DNA of 64,000 nucleotides, from the NCBI RefSeq assembly GCF_009914755.1, contig NC_060928.1; one strand, given 5' to 3'. The position numbers and the translations under genes are program-made. Below are positions 1 to 12,700 of this stretch, in pieces. This DNA is from the human T2T-CHM13v2.0 reference genome, Homo sapiens. The notes beneath the pieces are model-generated. The model was not told the DNA's origin. It searched no databases and was given only the letters and a program-made list of their open reading frames with translations. Positions within the stretch are counted from its first letter, which is position 1. Each line of letters starts with the position of its first letter.

Positions 1-155
1 GTTATCTTCATATAAAATCCAGACAGGAGCATTCTCAGAAACTTCTTTGTGCTGCATGTCCTCAATTCACAGAGCTGAACCTTTGTTTGGATACAGCATT
101 TTGGAAACATTCCTTTAGTAGAATCTGCAAGTTGATATTTAGATAGCTTTGAAGA

Positions 156-172
156 TTTCGTTGGAAACGGGA
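156..172 (+). other. CENP-B box (representative, m1)
   Basis: tttcgttggaaacggga matches YTTCGTTGGAARCGGGA. Other core-intact boxes in unit 1: 496, 834, 1176, 1688, 2196, 2537, 3218, giving 8 per 19-mer. Confidence 0.97.
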
Positions 173-1004
173 ATATCTTCATAGAAAATCTAGACGGAAG
201 CATTCTCAGAAACTGCTTTGTGATGTTTGCATTCAAGTCACAGAGTTGAATATTCCCTTTTATAGAGTAGGTTTGAAACACTCTTTCGGCACTACCTGGA
301 AGTGGATATTTCGAGCTCTTTGAGGCCTATGGTTAAAAGGAAATATCTTCCCATAAAAACTAGACAGAAGCCGTCTCAGAAACTTGTTTGTGATGTGTGT
401 ATTCAACTAACAGAGTTGAACATTTCTGTTACAGAGCAATTTTAAAACACTCTTTTTGTGGAATCTGAAAGTGGATAATTGGATAGCTTTGTGGATTTCG
501 TTGGAAACGGGATGACATATAAAATCTAGAGAGAAGCATTCTCAGGAACTTCTTTCTGATGTTTGCATTCAAGTCACAGAATTGAACATTCCTTTTCATA
601 GTGCAGGTTTGAAACACTCTTTCTGTAGTATCTGGAAGTGGACATTTCAAGCGCTTTCAGGCCTACGGGGAGAAAGGAAATATCTTCAAATAAAAACTAG
701 ACAGAAGGATTCTCAGAAACTTATTTGTGATGTGTGTCCTAAACGAACACAGTTGAACCTTTGTTTTGATACAGCATTTTGGAAACACTCCTTTTGTAGG
801 ATCTGCAGGTGGATATTTGGATAGATTTTAAGATTTCGTTGGAAACGGGAGTTTCTTCATAGAAACTCAAGACAGATGCATTCTCAGAAACATCTCTGTG
901 ATGTTTGCATTCCACTCATAGAGTTGAAAACTTCCTTTCATAGAGCAGGTTTGAAACACTCTTTTTGTAATATTTGGAAGTGGACATTTGCAGCACTTTG
1001 AGGC

Positions 1005-1021
1005 CTATGGTGAAAAAGGAA
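1005..1021 (-). other. pJ-alpha (A-box) motif, representative of A-type monomers (m6)
   Basis: ctatggtgaaaaaggaa; the reverse complement TTCCTTTTTCACCATAG fits the pJ-alpha consensus. Variants occur in m2, m4, m9, m11, m14, m16 and m18. Confidence 0.85.
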
Positions 1022-1345
1022 ATATCTTCTCATAAAAACCAGAAACAAGCATTCTCAGAAACTTCTTTTTGATGTGTGTACTCAAGTAACAGAGTTGAAC
1101 CTTCCTTTTGACACAGCAGTTTTGAAACAATCTTTTTGTAGAATCTGCAAGTGGATATTTGGATAGCTTTGAGGATTTCGTTGGAAACGGGATATCTTCA
1201 TATAAAATCTAGACAGAAGCATTCTCAGAAACTTCTTTGTGCTGTATGCCCTCAATTAACAGAGTTGAACCATTGCTTGGATACAGCATTTTGGAAACAT
1301 TCCTTGAGTAGAATCTGCAAGTTGATATTTAGATAGATTTGAAGA

Positions 1346-1362
1346 TTTCATTGGAAAAGGGA
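1346..1362 (+). other. Degenerate CENP-B box (m8); also degenerate in m12 (2026-2042) and m17 (2875-2891)
   Basis: m8 tttcattggaaaaggga, m12 attcgttggaaagggga and m17 tttcgttggaaaccgga each break the TTCG and/or CGGG core. Confidence 0.9.
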
Positions 1363-1687
1363 ATATCTCCATATAAAATCTAGAGGGAAGCATTCTCAGA
1401 AACTGCTTTGTGATGTTTCCATTCAAGTCACAGAGTTGAATATTCCCTTTTATAGAGCACGTTTGAAACACTCTTTCTGCACTATCTGGAAGTGGACATT
1501 TCGAGCGCTTTGAGGCCTATGTTGAAAAAGGAAATATCTTCCCATAAAAACTAGACAGAAGCATTCTCAGAAACTTGTTTGTGATGTGTGTATTCAACTA
1601 ACAGAGTTGAACTTTTGTTTTTACAGAGCCGTTTTAAAACACTCTTTTTGTGGAATCAGAAAGTGGATATTCGGATGGCTCTGAGGA

Positions 1688-1704
1688 TTTCGTTGGAAGC
1701 GGGA
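1688..1704 (+). other. CENP-B box (m10, AAGCGGG form)
   Basis: tttcgttggaagcggga; the NTTCGNNNNANNCGGGN core is intact. Confidence 0.95.
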
Positions 1705-4700
1705 TTACATATAAAATCTAGAGAGAAGCATTCTCAGGAACTTCTTTGTGATGTTTGCATTGAAGTCACAGAATTGAACATTCACTTTGATAGAGCAGGT
1801 TTGAAACACTCATTCTGTAGTATCTGGAAGTGGACATTTCAAGCGCTTTCAGGCCTATGGTGAGAAAGGAAATATCTTCGAATAAAAACTAGACAGAAGC
1901 ATCCTCAGAAACTTATTTGTGATGTGTGTCCTCAACTAACAGAGTTGAAACTTTGTTTTGATACAGCATTTTGGAAACACTCTTTTTGTAGAATCTGCAG
2001 GTGGATATTTGGATAGCTTAGAGGGATTCGTTGGAAAGGGGATATCTTCATATAAAATCTAGACAGAAGCATTCTCAGAAACTTATTTGTGATGTGTGTC
2101 CTCAACTAACAGAGTTGAACCTTGGTTTTGATACAGCATTTTGGAAACGCTCCTTTTGTAGAATCTGCAGGTGGATATGTGGATAGCTCTGAAGATTTCG
2201 TTGGAAACGGGAATTTCTTCATATAAAATCAAACAGAAGCATTCTCAGAAACTTCTCAGTGATGTTTGCATTCAGCTCATGGAGTTGAACACTTCCTTTC
2301 ATAGAGCCGGTTTGAAACACTCTTTCTGCACTACCTGGAAGAGGACATTTCGAGCGCTTTGAGTCCTATGGTGAAAAAGGAAATATCTTCTCATAAAAAC
2401 CAGAAAGAAGCATTCTCAGAAACTACTTTGTGTTGTGTGTACTCATGTAACAGTGTTGAACCATCCTTTTGACAGAGCAGTTTTGAAACACTCTTTTTGT
2501 AGAATCTGCAAGTGGATATTTGGATAGCTTTGAGGATTTCGTTGGAAACGGGATGACATATAATCTCTAGAGAGAAGCATACTCAGGAACTTCTTTGTGA
2601 TGTTTGCATTCAAGTCACAGAATTGAACATTCCCTTTCATAGAGCAGGTTTGAAACACTCTTTCTCTAGTATCTGGAAGTGGGCATTTCAAGCGCTTTCA
2701 GGCCTATGGAGAGAAAGGAAATACCTTCAAATAAAAACTAGACAGAAGCATTCTCAGAAACTTATTTGTGATGTGTGTCCTCAACTAACAGAGTTGAACC
2801 TTTGTTTTGATACAGCATTTTGGAAACACTCCTTTTGTAGAATCTGCAGGTGGATATTTGGATAACTTTGAAGATTTCGTTGGAAACCGGAATATCTTCA
2901 TATAAAATCAAGACAGAAGCATTCTCGGAAACATCTCTGTGATGTTTGCATTCAACTCAGTAGAGTTGAACACTTCCTTTCATAGAGCCGGTTTGAAACA
3001 CTCTTTCTGCACTACCTGGAAGCGGACATTTCGAGCGCTTTGAGGCCTATGGTGAAAAAGTAAATATCTTCTCATAAAAACCAGAAAGAAGCATTCTCAG
3101 AAACTTCTTTGTGTTGTGTGTACTCAAGTAACAGTGTTGAACCTTCCTTTTGACACAGCAGTTTTGAAACACTCTTTTGGTAGAATCTGCAAGTGGATAT
3201 TTGGATAGCTTTGAGGATTTCGTTGGAAACGGGTTATCTTCATATAAAATCCAGACAGGAGCATTCTCAGAAACTTCTTTGTGCTGCATGTCCTCAATTC
3301 ACAGAGCTGAACCTTTGTTTGGATACAGCATTTTGGAAACATTCCTTTAGTAGAATCTGCAAGTTGATATTTAGATAGCTTTGAAGATTTCGTTGGAAAC
3401 GGGAATATCTTCATAGAAAATCTAGACGGAAGCATTCTCAGAAACTGCTTTGTGATGTTTGCATTCAAGTCACAGAGTTGAATATTCCCTTTTATAGAGT
3501 AGGTTTGAAACACTCTTTCGGCACTACCTGGAAGTGGATATTTCGAGCTCTTTGAGGCCTATGGTTAAAAGGAAATATCTTCCCATAAAAACTAGACAGA
3601 AGCCGTCTCAGAAACTTGTTTGTGATGTGTGTATTCAACTAACAGAGTTGAACATTTCTGTTACAGAGCAATTTTAAAACACTCTTTTTGTGGAATCTGA
3701 AAGTGGATAATTGGATAGCTTTGTGGATTTCGTTGGAAACGGGATGACGTATAAAATCTAGAGAGAAGCATTCTCAGGAACTTCTTTCTGATGTTTGCAT
3801 TCAAGTCACAGAATTGAACATTCCTTTTCATAGTGCAGGTTTGAAACACTCTTTCTGTAGTATCTGGAAGTGGACATTTCAAGCGCTTTCAGGCCTACGG
3901 GGAGAAAGGAAATATCTTCAAATAAAAACTAGACAGAAGGATTCTCAGAAACTTATTTGTGATGTGTGTCCTAAACGAACACAGTTGAACCTTTGTTTTG
4001 ATACAGCATTTTGGAAACACTCCTTTTGTAGGATCTGCAGGTGGATATTTGGATAGATTTTAAGATTTCGTTGGAAACGGGAGTTTCTTCATAGAAACTC
4101 AAGACAGATGCATTCTCAGAAACATCTCTGTGATGTTTGCATTCCACTCATAGAGTTGAAAACTTCCTTTCATAGAGCAGGTTTGAAACACTCTTTTTGT
4201 AATATTTGGAAGTGGACATTTGCAGCACTTTGAGGCCTATGGTGAAAAAGGAAATATCTTCTCATAAAAACCAGAAACAAGCATTCTCAGAAACTTCTTT
4301 TTGATGTGTGTACTCAAGTAACAGAGTTGAACCTTCCTTTTGACACAGCAGTTTTGAAACAATCTTTTTGTAGAATCTGCAAGTGGATATTTGGATAGCT
4401 TTGAGGATTTCGTTGGAAACGGGATATCTTCATATAAAATCTAGACAGAAGCATTCTCAGAAACTTCTTTGTGCTGTATGCCCTCAATTAACAGAGTTGA
4501 ACCATTGCTTGGATACAGCATTTTGGAAACATTCCTTGAGTAGAATCTGCAAGTTGATATTTAGATAGATTTGAAGATTTCATTGGAAAAGGGAATATCT
4601 CCATATAAAATCTAGAGGGAAGCATTCTCAGAAACTGCTTTGTGATGTTTCCATTCAAGTCACAGAGTTGAATATTCCCTTTTATAGAGCACGTTTGAAA

Positions 4701-7700
4701 CACTCTTTCTGCACTATCTGGAAGTGGACATTTCGAGCGCTTTGAGGCCTATGGTGAAAAAGGAAATATCTTCCCATAAAAACTAGACAGAAGCATTCTC
4801 AGAAACTTGTTTGTGATGTGTGTATTCAACTAACAGAGTTGAACTTTTGTTTTTACAGAGCCGTTTTAAAACACTCTTTTTGTGGAATCAGAAAGTGGAT
4901 ATTCGGATGGCTCTGAGGATTTCGTTGGAAGCGGGATTACATATAAAATCTAGAGAGAAGCATTCTCAGGAACTTCTTTGTGATGTTTGCATTGAAGTCA
5001 CAGAATTGAACATTCACTTTGATAGAGCAGGTTTGAAACACTCATTCTGTAGTATCTGGAAGTGGACATTTCAAGCGCTTTCAGGCCTATGGTGAGAAAG
5101 GAAATATCTTCGAATAAAAACTAGACAGAAGCATCCTCAGAAACTTATTTGTGATGTGTGTCCTCAACTAACAGAGTTGAAACTTTGTTTTGATACAGCA
5201 TTTTGGAAACACTCTTTTTGTAGAATCTGCAGGTGGATATTTGGATAGCTTAGAGGGATTCGTTGGAAAGGGGATATCTTCATATAAAATCTAGACAGAA
5301 GCATTCTCAGAAACTTATTTGTGATGTGTGTCCTCAACTAACAGAGTTGAACCTTGGTTTTGATACAGCATTTTGGAAACGCTCCTTTTGTAGAATCTGC
5401 AGGTGGATATGTGGATAGCTCTGAAGATTTCGTTGGAAACGGGAATTTCTTCATATAAAATCAAACAGAAGCATTCTCAGAAACTTCTCAGTGATGTTTG
5501 CATTCAGCTCATGGAGTTGAACACTTCCTTTCATAGAACCGGTTTGAAACACTCTTTCTGCACTACCTGGAAGAGGACATTTCGAGCGCTTTGAGTCCTA
5601 TGGTGAAAAAGGAAATATCTTCTCATAAAAACCAGAAAGAAGCATTCTCAGAAACTTCTTTGTGTTGTGTGTACTCATGTAACAGTGTTGAACCATCCTT
5701 TTGACAGAGCAGTTTTGAAACACTCTTTTTGTAGAATCTGCAAGTGGATATTTGGATAGCTTTGAGGATTTCGTTGGAAACGGGATGACATATAATATCT
5801 AGAGAGAAGCATTCTCAGGAACTTCTTTGTGATGTTTGCATTCAAGTCACAGAATTGAACATTCCCTTTCATAGAGCAGGTTTGAAACACTCTTTCTCTA
5901 GTATCTGGAAGTGGGCATTTCAAGCGCTTTCAGGCCTATGGAGAGAAAGGAAATACCTTCAAATAAAAACTAGACAGAAGCATTCTCAGAAACTTATTTG
6001 TGATGTGTGTCCTCAACTAACAGACTTGAACCTTGGTTTTGATACAGCATTTTGGAAACGCTCCTTTTGTAGAATCTGCAGGTGGATATTTGGATAACTT
6101 TGAAGATTTCATTGGAAACCGGAATATCTTCATATAAAATCAAGACAGAAGCATTCTCGGAAACATCTCTGTGATGTTTGCATTCAACTCAGTAGAGTTG
6201 AACACTTCCTTTCATAGAGCCGGTTTGAAACACTCTTTCTGCACTACCTGGAAGCAGACATTTCGAGCGCTTTGAGGCCTATGGTGAAAAAGGAAATATC
6301 TTCTCATAAAAACCAGAAAGAAGCATTCTCAGAAACTTCTTTGTGTTGTGTGTACTCAAGTAACAGTGTTGAACCTTCCTTTTGACACAGCAGTTTTGAA
6401 ACACTCTTTTGGTAGAATCTGCAAGTGGATATTTGGATAGCTTTGAGGATTTCGTTGGAAACGGGTTATCTTCATATAAAATCCAGACAGGAGCATTCTC
6501 AGAAACTTCTTTGTGCTGCATGTCCTCAATTCACAGAGCTGAACCTTTGTTTGGATACAGCATTTTGGAAACATTCCTTTAGTAGAATCTGCAAGTTGAT
6601 ATTTAGATAGCTTTGAAGATTTCGTTGGAAACGGGAATATCTTCATAGAAAATCTAGACGGAAGCATTCTCAGAAACTGCTTTGTGATGTTTGCATTCAA
6701 GTCACAGAGTTGAATATTCCCTTTTATAGAGTAGGTTTGAAACACTCTTTTGGCACTACCTGGAAGTGGATATTTCGAGCTCTTTGAGGCCTATGGTTAA
6801 AAGGAAATATCTTCCCATAAAAACTAGACAGAAGCCGTCTCAGAAACTTGTTTGTGATGTGTGTATTCAACTAACAGAGTTGAACATTTCTGTTACAGAG
6901 CAATTTTAAAACACTCTTTTTGTGGAATCTGAAAGTGGATAATTGGATAGCTTTGTGGATTTCGTTGGAAACGGGATGACGTATAAAATCTAGAGAGAAG
7001 CATTCTCAGGAACTTCTTTCTGATGTTTGCATTCAAGTCACAGAATTGAACATTCCTTTTCATAGTGCAGGTTTGAAACACTCTTTCTGTAGTATCTGGA
7101 AGTGGACATTTCAAGCGCTTTCAGGCCTACGGGGAGAAAGGAAATATCTTCAAATAAAAACTAGACAGAAGGATTCTCAGAAACTTATTTGTGATGTGTG
7201 TCCTAAACGAACACAGTTGAACCTTTGTTTTGATACAGCATTTTGGAAACACTCCTTTTGTAGGATCTGCAGGTGGATATTTGGATAGATTTTAAGATTT
7301 CGTTGGAAACGGGAGTTTCTTCATAGAAACTCAAGACAGATGCATTCTCAGAAACATCTCTGTGATGTTTGCATTCCACTCATAGAGTTGAAAACTTCCT
7401 TTCATAGAGCAGGTTTGAAACACTCTTTTTGTAATATTTGGAAGTGGACATTTGCAGCACTTTGAGGCCTATGGTGAAAAAGGAAATATCTTCTCATAAA
7501 AACCAGAAACAAGCATTCTCAGAAACTTCTTTTTGATGTGTGTACTCAAGTAACAGAGTTGAACCTTCCTTTTGACACAGCAGTTTTGAAACAATCTTTT
7601 TGTAGAATCTGCAAGTGGATATTTGGATAGCTTTGAGGATTTCGTTGGAAACGGGATATCTTCATATAAAATCTAGACAGAAGCATTCTCAGAAACTTCT

Positions 7701-9725
7701 TTGTGCTGTATGCCCTCAATTAACAGAGTTGAACCATTGCTTGGATACAGCATTTTGGAAACATTCCTTGAGTAGAATCTGCAAGTTGATATTTAGATAG
7801 ATTTGAAGATTTCATTGGAAAAGGGAATATCTCCATATAAAATCTAGAGGGAAGCATTCTCAGAAACTGCTTTGTGATGTTTCCATTCAAGTCACAGAGT
7901 TGAATATTCCCTTTTATAGAGCACGTTTGAAACACTCTTTCTGCACTATCTGGAAGTGGACATTTCGAGCGCTTTGAGGCCTATGGTGAAAAAGGAAATA
8001 TCTTCCCATAAAAACTAGACAGAAGCATTCTCAGAAACTTGTTTGTGATGTGTGTATTCAACTAACAGAGTTGAACTTTTGTTTTTACAGAGCCGTTTTA
8101 AAACACTCTTTTTGTGGAATCAGAAAGTGGATATTCGGATGGCTCTGAGGATTTCGTTGGAAGCGGGATTACATATAAAATCTAGAGAGAAGCATTCTCA
8201 GGAACTTCTTTGTGATGTTTGCATTGAAGTCACAGAATTGAACATTCACTTTGATAGAGCAGGTTTGAAACACTCATTCTGTAGTATCTGGAAGTGGACA
8301 TTTCAAGCGCTTTCAGGCCTATGGTGAGAAAGGAAATATCTTCGAATAAAAACTAGACAGAAGCATCCTCAGAAACTTATTTGTGATGTGTGTCCTCAAC
8401 TAACAGAGTTGAAACTTTGTTTTGATACAGCATTTTGGAAACACTCTTTTTGTAGAATCTGCAGGTGGATATTTGGATAGCTTAGAGGGATTCGTTGGAA
8501 AGGGGATATCTTCATATAAAATCTAGACAGAAGCATTCTCAGAAACTTATTTGTGATGTGTGTCCTCAACTAACAGAGTTGAACCTTGGTTTTGATACAG
8601 CATTTTGGAAACGCTCCTTTTGTAGAATCTGCAGGTGGATATGTGGATAGCTCTGAAGATTTCGTTGGAAACGGGAATTTCTTCATATAAAATCAAACAG
8701 AAGCATTCTCAGAAACTTCTCAGTGATGTTTGCATTCAGCTCATGGAGTTGAACACTTCCTTTCATAGAGCCGGTTTGAAACACTCTTTCTGCACTACCT
8801 GGAAGAGGACATTTCGAGCGCTTTGAGTCCTATGGTGAAAAAGGAAATATCTTCTCATAAAAACCAGAAAGAAGCATTCTCAGAAACTACTTTGTGTTGT
8901 GTGTACTCATGTAACAGTGTTGAACCATCCTTTTGACAGAGCAGTTTTGAAACACTCTTTTTGTAGAATCTGCAAGTGGATATTTGGATAGCTTTGAGGA
9001 TTTCGTTGGAAACGGGATGACATATAATCTCTAGAGAGAAGCATACTCAGGAACTTCTTTGTGATGTTTGCATTCAAGTCACAGAATTGAACATTCCCTT
9101 TCATAGAGCAGGTTTGAAACACTCTTTCTCTAGTATCTGGAAGTGGGCATTTCAAGCGCTTTCAGGCCTATGGAGAGAAAGGAAATACCTTCAAATAAAA
9201 ACTAGACAGAAGCATTCTCAGAAACTTATTTGTGATGTGTGTCCTCAACTAACAGAGTTGAACCTTTGTTTTGATACAGCATTTTGGAAACACTCCTTTT
9301 GTAGAATCTGCAGGTGGATATTTGGATAACTTTGAAGATTTCGTTGGAAACCGGAATATCTTCATATAAAATCAAGACAGAAGCATTCTCGGAAACATCT
9401 CTGTGATGTTTGCATTCAACTCAGTAGAGTTGAACACTTCCTTTCATAGAGCAGGTTTGAAACACTCTTTCTGCACTACCTGGAAGCGGACATTTCGAGC
9501 GCTTTGAGGCCTATGGTGAAAAAGGAAATATCTTCTCATAAAAACCAGAAAGAAGCATTCTCAGAAACTTCTTTGTGTTGTGTGTACTCAAGTAACAGTG
9601 TTGAACCTTCCTTTTGACACAGCAGTTTTGAAACACTCTTTTGGTAGAATCTGCAAGTGGATATTTGGATAGCTTTGAGGATTTCGTTGGAAACGGGTTA
9701 TCTTCATATAAAATCCAGACAGGAG

Positions 9726-12700
9726 CATTCTCAGAAACTTCTTTGTGCTGCATGTCCTCAATTCACAGAGCTGAACCTTTGTTTGGATACAGCATTTTGG
9801 AAACATTCCTTTAGTAGAATCTGCAAGTTGATATTTAGATAGCTTTGAAGATTTCGTTGGAAACGGGAATATCTTCATAGAAAATCTAGACGGAAGCATT
9901 CTCAGAAACTGCTTTGTGATGTTTGCATTCAAGTCACAGAGTTGAATATTCCCTTTTATAGAGTAGGTTTGAAACACTCTTTCGGCACTACCTGGAAGTG
10001 GATATTTCGAGCTCTTTGAGGCCTATGGTTAAAAGGAAATATCTTCCCATAAAAACTAGACAGAAGCCGTCTCAGAAACTTGTTTGTGATGTGTGTATTC
10101 AACTAACAGAGTTGAACATTTCTGTTACAGAGCAATTTTAAAACACTCTTTTTGTGGAATCTGAAAGTGGATAATTGGATAGCTTTGTGGATTTCGTTGG
10201 AAACCGGATGACATATAAAATCTAGAGAGAAGCATTCTCAGGAACTTCTTTCTGATGTTTGCATTCAAGTCACCGAATTGAACATTCCTTTTCATAGTGC
10301 AGGTTTGAAACACTCTTTCTGTAGTATCTGGAAGTGGACATTTCAAGCGCTTTCAGGCCTACGGGGAGAAAGGAAATATCTTCAAATAAAAACTAGACAG
10401 AAGGATTCTCAGAAACTTATTTGTGATGTGTGTCCTAAACGAACACAGTTGAACCTTTGTTTTGATACAGCATTTTGGAAACACTCCTTTTGTAGGATCT
10501 GCAGGTGGATATTTGGATAGATTTTAAGATTTCGTTGGAAACGGGAGTTTCTTCATAGAAACTCAAGACAGATGCATTCTCAGAAACATCTCTGTGATGT
10601 TTGCATTCCACTCATAGAGTTGAAAACTTCCTTTCATAGAGCAGGTTTGAAACACTCTTTTTGTAATATTTGGAAGTGGACATTTGCAGCACTTTGAGGC
10701 CTATGGTGAAAAAGGAAATATCTTCTCATAAAAACCAGAAACAAGCATTCTCAGAAACTTCTTTTTGATGTGTGTACTCAAGTAACAGAGTTGAACCTTC
10801 CTTTTGACACAGCAGTTTTGAAACAATCTTTTTGTAGAATCTGCAAGTGGATATTTGGATAGCTTTGAGGATTTCGTTGGAAACGGGATATCTTCATATA
10901 AAATCTAGACAGAAGCATTCTCAGAAACTTCTTTGTGCTGTATGCCCTCAATTAACAGAGTTGAACCATTGGATACAGCATTTTGGAAACATTCCTTGAG
11001 TAGAATCTGCAAGTGGATATTTAGATAGATTTGAAGATTTCGTTGGAAAAGGGAATATCTCCATATAAAATCTAGAGGGAAGCATTCTCAGAAACTGCTT
11101 TGTGATGTTTCCATTCAAGTCACAGAGTTGAATATTCCCTTTTATAGAGCACGTTTGAAACACTCTTTCTGCACTATCTGGAAGTGGACATTTCGAGCGC
11201 TTTGAGGCCTATGGTGAAAAAGGAAATATCTTCCCATAAAAACTAGACAGAAGCATTCTCAGAAACTTGTTTGTGATGTGTGTATTCAACTAACAGAGTT
11301 GAACTTTTGTTTTTACAGAGCCGTTTTAAAACACTCTTTTTGTGGAATCAGAAAGTGGATATTCGGATGGCTCTGAGGATTTCGTTGGAAGCGGGATTAC
11401 ATATAAAATCTAGAGAGAAGCATTCTCAGGAACTTCTTTGTGATGTTTGCATTGAAGTCACAGAATTGAACATTCACTTTGATAGAGCAGGTTTGAAACA
11501 CTCATTCTGTAGTATCTGGAACTGGACATTTCAAGCGCTTTCAGGCCTATGGTGAGAAAGGAAATATCTTCGAATAAAAACTAGACAGAAGCATCCTCAG
11601 AAACTTATTTGTGATGTGTGTCCTCAACTAACAGAGTTGAAACTTTGTTTTGATACAGCATTTTGGAAACACTCTTTTTGTAGAATCTGCAGGTGGATAT
11701 TTGGATAGCTTAGAGGGATTCGTTGGAAAGGGGATATCTTCATATAAAATCTAGACAGAAGCATTCTCAGAAACTTATTTGTGATGTGTGTCCTCAACTA
11801 ACAGAGTGGAACCTTGGTTTTGATACAGCATTTTGGAAACACTCCTTTTGTAGAATCTGCAGGTGGATATGTGGATAGCTCTGAAGATTTCGTTGGAAAC
11901 GGGAATTTCTTCATATAAAATCAAACAGAAGCATTCTCAGAAACTTCTCAGTGATGTTTGCATTCAGCTCATGGAGTTGAACACTTCCTTTCATAGAACC
12001 GGTTTGAAACACTCTTTCTGCACTACCTGGAAGAGGACATTTCGAGCGCTTTGAGTCCTATGGTGAAAAAGGAAATATCTTCTCATAAAAACCAGAAAGA
12101 AGCATTCTCAGAAACTTCTTTGTGTTGTGTGTACTCATGTAACAGTGTTGAACCATCCTTTTGACAGAGCAGTTTTGAAACACTCTTTTTGTAGAATCTG
12201 CAAGTGGATATTTGGATAGCTTTGAGGATTTCGTTGGAAACGGGATGACATATAATATCTAGAGAGAAGCATTCTCAGGAACTTCTTTGTGATGTTTGCA
12301 TTCAAGTCACAGAATTGAACATTCCCTTTCATAGAGCAGGTTTGAAACACTCTTTCTCTAGTATCTGGAAGTGGGCATTTCAAGCGCTTTCAGGCCTATG
12401 GAGAGAAAGGAAATACCTTCAAATAAAAACTAGACAGAAGCATTCTCAGAAACTTATTTGTGATGTGTGTCCTCAACTAACAGAGTTGAACCTTGGTTTT
12501 GATACAGCATTTTGGAAACGCTCCTTTTGTAGAATCTGCAGGTGGATATGTGGATAGCTCTGAAGATTTCGTTGGAAACGGGAATTTCTTCATATAAAAT
12601 CAAACAGAAGCATTCTCAGAAACTTCTCAGTGATGTTTGCATTCAGCTCATGGAGTTGAACACTTCCTTTCATAGAACCGGTTTGAAACACTCTTTCTGC

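Larger units (their letters stand above)
30..9725 (+). repeat. Three canonical 19-mer HOR units (3,232 bp each)
   Basis: m1 starts at 30, 3262, 6494, 9726. The ORF track repeats at +3232 (1588, 4820, 8052). Confidence 0.97.

Noticed and set aside
517-524. TATA-like (tataaaa) and aataaa motifs as promoter or polyadenylation signals
   Set aside because: They are intrinsic to the alphoid monomer end. Centromeric transcription is known, but these sites cannot be called functional from sequence alone.
643-665. Short palindromes (aagcgctt, aggcct, tctaga) as hairpins or terminators
   Set aside because: These are 6-8 bp dyads that belong to the ordinary monomer consensus and are too short to support a structural call.
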